64,000 nt of DNA, taken from Nitrospira sp. (GTDB lineage Bacteria; Nitrospirota; Nitrospiria; Nitrospirales; Nitrospiraceae). The DNA is taken from positions 34,129-98,128 of the forward strand of contig JASGJV010000005.1 of assembly GCA_049840695.1 (NCBI GenBank), written 5' to 3'. Shown here in pieces: positions 56,851 through 64,000 of this stretch; the stretch's first letter is position 1, and each line of letters opens with the position of its first letter. The position numbers and the translations under genes are program-made. The notes beneath the pieces were generated by a model. The model was not told the DNA's origin, ran no database searches, and worked only from the letters and a program-made list of their open reading frames with translations.

Positions 56851-58161
56851 TCAACAGGCGGCCTGATGGCCTAGGGCGCAGGCCTGCTGCAATCCTTGCA
56901 GGAATCCCGCGCTATCGCCTTGTCCTCGCTTCACGATGGAACGCTCGAAATAGGCACGCCCGTTTTGTGGTTGGTGGGTGAGGAACTGATCCCACAGTGT
57001 GAGGGCCTGATCCCATTGCCCCCGCGCACTGTGCACGGACGCGGCTGCGCGGTAGGCATCGAGGTAAGTAGGATTCAGGCGAATGGCGGCATGAAAGGCG
57101 ATAAGCGCTTCGTCGGGCGCATCCTTTTGGAGCAGGACGGTTCCGCGTCCGTAATAGGATTCATGATCATCCGGATCCAGGTTCAACGCTTCGGCATAGG
57201 CGAAGAGCGCGTTGTCGGTCTGGCCATGTTTTTGGAATGCGATTCCTTCCGCGCGTTTGGCCTTGGCGTCAGAAAACTCTCCGCCGCCATGCGCGCGCAG
57301 CAGCGCGATCATTTCGTGATCTTCGTCGTGTTGCGCAATTTCCAACGGGGTCTCGCCGTGGGTCTTCTGATTCACCGGAATGCCCGCTTCCAACAGGGTC
57401 TGCGCGGCGGCGAGATGTCCACGTCGGACCGCCCGATGGAGCGCTGAATCACCACAGGTGCAAGTCGCTCGGATGTCGGTCCCATTGGCAAGGAGCACCT
57501 CAATGGTGTCAACATGCCCCTGCTCGGCCGTAGCCAGCAGCGGAGTAACGCCCTGTTTGCCCATCGCGTTGGGGTTCGCTCCGTGCTGCAACAGCAGCGT
57601 GACCACATCGGTGTGCCCGCGCTTGGCCGCTTCAAACAATGCCGTCCGGCCATTGCCGTTGCGTTGGTCCACCGTCGGTCCCTCTGCCAGGAACGCTGCG
57701 ACCGCGGACTGATCGCCTCGCGCCGCCGCAAGGTGGAGGGGCGTCCAGCCATGGGCTTTCAAAATAAACGGCGACAGCACCAAGGCATCGATGTCGTAGG
57801 GATCATGGGTTGTTTTCACTTGCCCTAACATCCAGTAGGCCATCGCCACCAGCAACGCGTAGTTCAACGCACAGGCCAGGACAGCCACCGCGATGCCTGC
57901 GAGCCGGTGGGAGAGATCGATCGGAAAATCGCCGTCCCACGATCCAGTGCTCGTCTCTTCATCGGTCGTTCGCGACGCCGGGTTGAGGACCAGAAGGTTG
58001 GCACGGCAGGAAGGGCACGGGAATTGGTGCAATGGGTGACCGGCTTCTGGTGCGCAGCTGGTGATCGCCTGGCAGAAGGGACAGACGATGGTCTCTGCAG
58101 CGTCCGACGCTGGCAGCCCAGGGGATGCAGGGAGTGCCGCGCCGGGGTGAACGGTGGTCAT
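56851..58161 (-). CDS. Zinc-ribbon / TM / ankyrin-repeat / TPR protein
   Basis: CPFC...CPSC; one TM; GWTPLHLAA, GRTALFEAA, GVTPLLATA, GDSALHRAV, GETPLEIA; three to four TPRs. Confidence 0.88.
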   Translation of the reverse strand: MTTVHPGAALPASPGLPASDAAETIVCPFCQAITSCAPEAGHPLHQFPCPSCRANLLVLNPASRTTDEETSTGSWDGDFPIDLSHRLAGIAVAVLACALNYALLVAMAYWMLGQVKTTHDPYDIDALVLSPFILKAHGWTPLHLAAARGDQSAVAAFLAEGPTVDQRNGNGRTALFEAAKRGHTDVVTLLLQHGANPNAMGKQGVTPLLATAEQGHVDTIEVLLANGTDIRATCTCGDSALHRAVRRGHLAAAQTLLEAGIPVNQKTHGETPLEIAQHDEDHEMIALLRAHGGGEFSDAKAKRAEGIAFQKHGQTDNALFAYAEALNLDPDDHESYYGRGTVLLQKDAPDEALIAFHAAIRLNPTYLDAYRAAASVHSARGQWDQALTLWDQFLTHQPQNGRAYFERSIVKRGQGDSAGFLQGLQQACALGHQAAC

Positions 58162-58328
58162 GGTGCCTTACGACCCTTCGCCCGGGCGCGTGCTGGACGG
58201 TCCCGTCAGTGGGGTGATCGTTTGATTATTGAAAAGGATAGCGCAAAACGGGAGGAGCGCAACCGATCGGGCGTCCTACCAGGGCCTCTGCACGGAAGCG
58301 GCCGAGTTGCAGGAAGGGAATGAGAACG

Positions 58329-59984
58329 TTATGCAGGGGGAAAGCGCGTAATGGTCACAGGGGCATAGGTCAGATGAGGACCCTCAGGACGGCGGTAGCT
58401 TAATGAGTGGCGAAGCCAGGCCTTGTCGTTGCGGGTTGGGAAATCGGCGCGATAGTGGGCCCCGCGGCTTTCTTCCCGCCCTAAGGCGCCCACAACGATG
58501 GTCTCGGCGATCTCCAGCAGACACTGCAATTCCAGGGCGTGAATCAGGTCGGTGTTGAAGATGCGTCCCTTGTCCTGTACGCACATGTGTTCCGCGCGAC
58601 GTTTCAAGGCTAGAACGGCGCTGAGGGCCTCTTGAATGGATTGTTTCGTGCGGAAGATTCCCAAGTTCAGGCTCATGGTTTTGCCGAGGTCGTCCCGTAT
58701 CTGCCAGGCCCGTTCAGGTCCGGGGTTGCTGAGCAGCTTGTCGATGCGCTGTTGTTCGCTCTTCAGGATGGCGTCGGATGCCGGTGGCAGCTGAACGCTG
58801 CCGATGGACTCAGCGGCCTTCGTGCCCGTCCGGCGTCCAAACACAATGGTTTCCAGTAAGGAATTGCCTCCGAGGCGGTTGGCACCATGCACGCTGACGC
58901 AGGCGCATTCGCCCGCGGCGAAGAGTCCTGGCAGCTCCGTTTCTCCCCACGCATTGGTTCGGACGCCGCCCATCTGGTAGTGGGCCCCGGGACGTATGGG
59001 AATGGGTGTTTCAATCGGATCGAGCCCCGCGAATTCCATCGCCAGTTCCCGGATCTGCGGAAGCCTCTCCAGAATTTTGGCGCGGCCCAGATGTCGCAGA
59101 TCGAGCAGGACGCAGCCCTCGACACCTCTCCCTTCCTGGATTTCCCGTCCGATGGCGAGGGAGACGGTGGAGCGGGTTGCCAACTCCATTTGTTCCGGCG
59201 CGTAACGTTTCATAAACCGCTCGCCCAGCGTGTTCAGCAGATACCCGCCTTCTCCGCGCGCGCCTTCGGTGATCAGGATACCGGTGTCTTTTAACGTGGT
59301 CGGATGAAATTGGACGAATTCCATGTCTTCGAGCGCGATGCCTGCGCGATACGCCAACGCCATCCCGTCTCCGGTATTAATGACGGCGTTCGTACTCGTG
59401 GAAAAAATTCGTCCACTCCCGCCCGTAGCCAGAATCACGGCCTTCGCGCGGAGCGCCTGTAACCCGCCATGAATCATGTCCCAGGCGACCACACCGCAAC
59501 AGCGCCCTTCTTCGACCAGCAATGCTGTGACGTACCATTCCTCATAGACTTTGCAGCGGCGCTTCATCAGTTGTTCGTACATGGCGTGTAAGAGGGCATG
59601 GCCCGTGCGGTCCGCTGCGTAACAGGTACGGGGATAGCCCGCTCCTCCGAACGGCCGCTGCGCAATACGTCCCTCCGCGGTGCGACTGAATATGACGCCC
59701 ATGCGTTCCAACTCCAAAATGTCCTGCGGCGCTTCCTTGCACATGGCCTCGATGGCGTCCTGGTCGCCCAGATACAGTCCTCCCTTGGCCGTGTCATAGG
59801 CATGGGCTTCCCAGGAGTCTTCTGCGCCGATGGCCGCGTTAATCCCCCCCTGGGCGGCGACAGAGTGGCTGCGGACGGGATGCACCTTCGAGAGCAATGC
59901 GACATTGATGTCCGGCGGCACGGCAATAGCGGCCCGCATGCCGGCGAGTCCTGCTCCAACCACGAGGATGTCATGGGTCATCAT
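58329..59984 (-). CDS. sdhA: Succinate dehydrogenase/fumarate reductase flavoprotein subunit
   Basis: VGAGLAG, RSHSVAAQGG (covalent-FAD His), EFVQFHPT, EGARGEGG, HYQMGG, HGANRLGGNSL. Confidence 0.93.
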   Translation of the reverse strand: MMTHDILVVGAGLAGMRAAIAVPPDINVALLSKVHPVRSHSVAAQGGINAAIGAEDSWEAHAYDTAKGGLYLGDQDAIEAMCKEAPQDILELERMGVIFSRTAEGRIAQRPFGGAGYPRTCYAADRTGHALLHAMYEQLMKRRCKVYEEWYVTALLVEEGRCCGVVAWDMIHGGLQALRAKAVILATGGSGRIFSTSTNAVINTGDGMALAYRAGIALEDMEFVQFHPTTLKDTGILITEGARGEGGYLLNTLGERFMKRYAPEQMELATRSTVSLAIGREIQEGRGVEGCVLLDLRHLGRAKILERLPQIRELAMEFAGLDPIETPIPIRPGAHYQMGGVRTNAWGETELPGLFAAGECACVSVHGANRLGGNSLLETIVFGRRTGTKAAESIGSVQLPPASDAILKSEQQRIDKLLSNPGPERAWQIRDDLGKTMSLNLGIFRTKQSIQEALSAVLALKRRAEHMCVQDKGRIFNTDLIHALELQCLLEIAETIVVGALGREESRGAHYRADFPTRNDKAWLRHSLSYRRPEGPHLTYAPVTITRFPPA

Positions 59985-60185
59985 GAGATCTTCTTGTCCC
60001 GGTCGCGATGTGACGTTTAACCTTGCCTCGGCTCAGGGTCGATTTCACTATTACGCTATGGAAATTGGGAAAACAAGCGAGGTGAGATGGCCGCTGAACT
60101 CTTGGAAAACTCCGTGCTGCATGATAGGGTACCCACTCTGCCTCGAATGAACGAGTGCGTCACCTTATAGCAGGATTTCTCCCCC

Positions 60186-63071
60186 ATGCCTGAACCGCGT
60201 TTTCTCGAGCCGAACGATACGTTTGTGCACCGCCATATCGGTCCGACCGAGTCTGAGATTCAGACGATGTTGGAAACATTAAACGTGCCCTCGCTGGAAT
60301 CTCTCGTTGAGGCCACGGTTCCCTCCGATATTCGATTGCAAGGCTCCCTGGCGGTTCCGTCCCCGCGCGGCGAGCAGGAGGTCTTGTCGGAATTGCGCGG
60401 AATGGCCGGACAGAATCAGGTGTGGCGTTCCTTGATCGGGATGGGCTATTACGATTGCATCACCCCGCCGGTCATTCAGCGCAATATTCTCGAGGGCCCC
60501 GGGTGGTACACGCAATACACTCCCTATCAGGCCGAGATCGCCCAAGGCCGCCTCGAGGCGCTGGTCAATTTCCAGACCGTGGTGGCGGATTTGACCGGGT
60601 TGCCCCTTGCCAATGCCTCTCTGCTGGATGAGGCGACTGCAGCGGCCGAAGCGATGACGATGTGCGCCGCGATTTCCCGCGCGGCCGGTCACGAACGGCA
60701 CAAGTTTTTTGTCTCTGAAACCTGTCATCCGCAAACGATTGCGGTGGTGCAGACTCGCGCGGAACCGTTGGGCATCGTCCTGCAGGTCGGCGCGATTCAC
60801 TCGTTGGAGTTGTCGTCAAGCGAATTCTTCGGGATGTTGCTCCAATATCCCTCGACGGACGGGTACGTGGGTGATTACAGCGAATTCATCACGCGTGCGC
60901 ATGCCGCCGGGGTTTATGTGGTCGTCGCGACCGATCTGCTGGCCTTGACGCTGCTCCGTCCTCCGGGAGAGTTCGGCGCGGATGTCGCAGTGGGGTCCAG
61001 TCAGCGGTTCGGGGTGCCGTTGGGGTTTGGTGGGCCGCATGCGGCCTTCATGGCCACGAAGGAGGAGTTTCGACGGCAGATGCCGGGTCGGATCATCGGC
61101 GTGTCGAAAGACGCGACCGGGCGCGTGGCGTACCGGCTGTCCTTGCAAACCAGAGAACAACATATCCGTCGGGAGAAGGCGACGAGCAATATCTGCACGG
61201 CGCAAGTGTTGTTGGCAGTCATGGCGGGGATGTATGCCGTCTATCACGGGCCTGCTGGACTGCGGCGAATTGCGGAACGGATTCACGGTCTCACGATGGC
61301 CCTGGCCGAAGGGTTGCGTCGGCATGGTTGCGCCGTCGGGCTGGAGCCGGTCTTCGATACGCTCCGGGTCCCTCTGTCGCCGGCACAATCAGAGACGATT
61401 GTGAACCGGGCGCGGCAACAGAAGATCAACTTCCGTCGGTACGATGATCACAGCCTCGGGCTGTCGCTGGACGAGTGGAGCACAATCGATGAAGTGCGGC
61501 AGCTGCTGACGCTGTTCGCCGGCCAGGAGATTTCCCTGGAAGAACTGCAGACCATTCTTGCATCGGTTAACGGGCGGTATCCGGCGGGCCTCGAGCGCAC
61601 CAGCCCGTATCTTACGCATCCGGTGTTTCACCGGTATCACGCCGAGCATGAGTTGTTGCGGTATATCCATCGTCTGCAATCCCGGGATCTCTCGCTGGTG
61701 CATTCGATGATTCCCCTCGGTTCCTGCACGATGAAGTTGAATGCCACGGCGGAAATGTTGCCTGTCACCTGGCCGGAGTTCGGGCGGCTTCATCCGTTTG
61801 CTCCCGCCGATCAGGTACAGGGATACCAGGCCTTGTTCCAACAGCTGGAGTCGTGGCTGGCGGAGATCACTGGCTTCGCCGCGATTTCATTGCAGCCCAA
61901 TGCCGGATCACAGGGGGAATATGCCGGATTGATGGCGATCCGGGCCTACCATCGTCATCGAGGCGAGACGCAACGCGATATATGTTTGATTCCAGTCTCC
62001 GCGCATGGGACCAATCCGGCCAGCGCATCGATGTGCGGCATGACCGTCGTTTCCGTGGCCTGTGATCAGCGCGGCAATGTGGATCTGACTGATCTGGAGA
62101 CCAAGGCCACACAGCATCGTAGCCGCTTGGCGGCGCTGATGGTGACGTATCCATCGACTCACGGCGTGTTTGAGGAAGGCATTCGCCGCATGTGCCAGAT
62201 TGTGCATACCCATGGGGGGCAGGTGTACATGGACGGCGCGAACATGAATGCGCAAGTCGGGCTCTGCCGGCCGGCCGATCTGGGCGCTGACGTTTGTCAT
62301 CTGAATCTGCATAAGACGTTTTGTATACCGCACGGTGGCGGCGGGCCTGGGATGGGCCCGATCGGTGTCGCCCGTCATTTAACGCCGTTCATGCCCGGAC
62401 ATCCGGTCACGAAACTCGGTGGACCGCAGTCAATCGGGCCGGTCTCGGCCGCTCCTTACGGCAGCCCCAGCATTCTCACGATTTCGTGGGTCTATATTGC
62501 GTTGATGGGACGGGAGGGATTGACCAGAGCGACGAAGGTGGCCATCCTCAATGCCAACTATATGGCCAAACGTCTGGAAAAATACTATCCGGTCTTGTAC
62601 AGCGGCGCACGCGGATTCGTGGCACATGAGTTTATTTTGGATTTGCGCCCCCTCAAGGACAGCAGCGGCGTGGAAGCGATGGATGTGGCGAAGCGCCTGA
62701 TGGATTATGGATTCCACGCCCCTACCGTGTCGTTTCCCGTGGCTGGTACCTTGATGATCGAGCCGACCGAGAGTGAAGTGAAAAGTGAGCTGGATCGGTT
62801 GTGCGAGGCGTTAATCTCCATCCGTGGAGAGATTCAGGCCATTGCTGAAGGTCGGCAGCCGCGCGCGGGGAATGTGCTGAAGAATGCTCCCCACACGGCA
62901 TTGGCTGTGACGGCCTCTGAATGGACGAGACCTTACTCCCGCGAGGAGGCGGCATTCCCTGCTCCATGGGTGCGCGAGAATAAATTTTGGCCGAGTGTGG
63001 GCCGGATCGATGAAGCCTATGGGGACCGCCACCTCTTTTGCACCTGTCCGCCGGTGGATGCCGTCTCGTAG
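60186..63071 (+). CDS. gcvP: Glycine dehydrogenase (decarboxylating), single-chain P protein
   Basis: [54 protein letters not shown]. Confidence 0.98.
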   Translation: MPEPRFLEPNDTFVHRHIGPTESEIQTMLETLNVPSLESLVEATVPSDIRLQGSLAVPSPRGEQEVLSELRGMAGQNQVWRSLIGMGYYDCITPPVIQRNILEGPGWYTQYTPYQAEIAQGRLEALVNFQTVVADLTGLPLANASLLDEATAAAEAMTMCAAISRAAGHERHKFFVSETCHPQTIAVVQTRAEPLGIVLQVGAIHSLELSSSEFFGMLLQYPSTDGYVGDYSEFITRAHAAGVYVVVATDLLALTLLRPPGEFGADVAVGSSQRFGVPLGFGGPHAAFMATKEEFRRQMPGRIIGVSKDATGRVAYRLSLQTREQHIRREKATSNICTAQVLLAVMAGMYAVYHGPAGLRRIAERIHGLTMALAEGLRRHGCAVGLEPVFDTLRVPLSPAQSETIVNRARQQKINFRRYDDHSLGLSLDEWSTIDEVRQLLTLFAGQEISLEELQTILASVNGRYPAGLERTSPYLTHPVFHRYHAEHELLRYIHRLQSRDLSLVHSMIPLGSCTMKLNATAEMLPVTWPEFGRLHPFAPADQVQGYQALFQQLESWLAEITGFAAISLQPNAGSQGEYAGLMAIRAYHRHRGETQRDICLIPVSAHGTNPASASMCGMTVVSVACDQRGNVDLTDLETKATQHRSRLAALMVTYPSTHGVFEEGIRRMCQIVHTHGGQVYMDGANMNAQVGLCRPADLGADVCHLNLHKTFCIPHGGGGPGMGPIGVARHLTPFMPGHPVTKLGGPQSIGPVSAAPYGSPSILTISWVYIALMGREGLTRATKVAILNANYMAKRLEKYYPVLYSGARGFVAHEFILDLRPLKDSSGVEAMDVAKRLMDYGFHAPTVSFPVAGTLMIEPTESEVKSELDRLCEALISIRGEIQAIAEGRQPRAGNVLKNAPHTALAVTASEWTRPYSREEAAFPAPWVRENKFWPSVGRIDEAYGDRHLFCTCPPVDAVS

Positions 63072-63711
63072 TCGTGCTTCGGGCGGTGACTGGTTGACCG
63101 CCGTAGGTCGTCTGAAGCCGCGGCATGTCGTCCGTCAGGTCGCTGCGGGTTGTCTGCTGCTCAACATGTTCTTCGCCCTGCCCCTCCATGCCTCTAGGGA
63201 ATTCGCTGCTGTTGCGGACGCTCACATCGAGGACCGCCCGCTCGACGTGGTGTCCGGAATCACCTATCGTGCGGGGACACGGCTGAGGATTCCAGGCACT
63301 GGCTGGTCGTTTGTTGTTCCGGACGGTTGGCAGAGCAATCGGCCTGAGGACGCAGAGATGCCGTTTCTCATCCCAGAGGACGGCAAAGAATTGGGCATGA
63401 TCTTTCCTCTGGCCGAGGTCACGCGAGACGCACTTCGTGAACAACTTCGTGAGCCGCTGTCGCTGTTGCATGGGCTCTCCTTTATCCCGGCCGGCTCTCA
63501 AGAAGAAACCGAAGCGTGGATCGCTCAATCGTATGAGGGGGAAGAAATGGCAGGCCGTGCGTTGGCGGTCATGGGCGCCGACAACAAGGCGGTGATTTAT
63601 TTTCTCATGGGTCAACCCTCAAAGATGCCCGGCTTCCACTCCGTACTGGAACAGCTAGGACAATCCACCCGCTTTGGCGAGTCGAGTGCGGGCCGTGACA
63701 CTGGTTTGTAA
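63058..63711 (+). CDS. Hypothetical exported protein
   Basis: ORF between gcvP and the nucleoside hydrolase; signal-like segment ending LPLHA; start uncertain. Confidence 0.6.
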   Translation: MPSRSRASGGDWLTAVGRLKPRHVVRQVAAGCLLLNMFFALPLHASREFAAVADAHIEDRPLDVVSGITYRAGTRLRIPGTGWSFVVPDGWQSNRPEDAEMPFLIPEDGKELGMIFPLAEVTRDALREQLREPLSLLHGLSFIPAGSQEETEAWIAQSYEGEEMAGRALAVMGADNKAVIYFLMGQPSKMPGFHSVLEQLGQSTRFGESSAGRDTGL

Positions 63712-63783
63712 GACGCAGTGATCCGTGCATGTGCCGGGACGAAGGTGGCTTTCTCCCTCTCCCTCGAGCCGTACCATTCAGAC

Positions 63784-64000
63784 ATGCAGAACATTTCTCC
63801 AACCAAAGTCATCATTGATACCGACCCCGGCGTCGATGACGCCTTGGCCATTCTGCTGGCCTTGGCATCGCCAGAGTTGGACGTGGTGGGAATCACCACT
63901 GTCTGCGGCAATGTGCCGGTAGGACAGGGCACGAAGAATCTGTTTCGCCTCTTGAATCTTCTCAAACCTCCGCCGGGATTGCTGGTGGGACAGGGCGCCG
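63784..64000 (+). CDS. Nucleoside hydrolase (IU-NH family), truncated by the window end
   Basis: Not in the ORF track; reads MQNISPTKVIIDTDPGVDDALAILLALASPELDVVGITTVCGNV. Confidence 0.92.
   Translation, partial: MQNISPTKVIIDTDPGVDDALAILLALASPELDVVGITTVCGNVPVGQGTKNLFRLLNLLKPPPGLLVGQGA

Noticed and set aside
59985-60185. Glycine riboswitch upstream of gcvP
   Set aside because: The GGAGA...CCGAAG...CTCTCAGG aptamer motifs are absent.

Overview
Gene-dense, roughly 60% GC bacterial core-chromosome segment. Gene content and protein style point to Nitrospira (inference, not searched). It carries about 55 CDSs, including priA, queE, pepA, nagZ, tatA, tig-clpP-clpX, mscL, mscS, an AsmA-like gene, dnaX-ybaB-recR, dksA, trmFO-xerC-hslVU-argB, rimO, a two-component system with a Do/DegQ protease, sdhA and gcvP. 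It also has four tRNAs (Leu-GAG, Leu-TAG, Ser-GGA, Val-CAC) and the SRP RNA. I saw no CRISPR array, IS or prophage. The best candidate for an undescribed system is a co-oriented envelope locus (27757-35864): AsmA-like bridge protein, MscS, DUF481 barrel, MscL and two lipoproteins that join a 220-240 residue coiled coil to an OmpA/MotB peptidoglycan-binding domain. The coiled coils are built from one module whose length changes in whole heptads (24/31/38/45 aa), and the AsmA protein has an exact 76-aa tandem repeat, which fits a hypothesis of parts lengthened to span a wide periplasm. Other oddities: a helicase-dead PriA, a pseudo-histidine kinase, a TatA with a second amphipathic helix, a TsaP-like/OmpA fusion, a tandem desulforedoxin-like protein, a 180-bp structured element duplicating the tRNA-Ser 3' end, and a Zn-ribbon/ankyrin/TPR-DUF898-M48 operon. 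Several single-base insertions (priA, puuD-like) look like sequencing or assembly errors. All calls come from reading motifs by eye; no database search was run.
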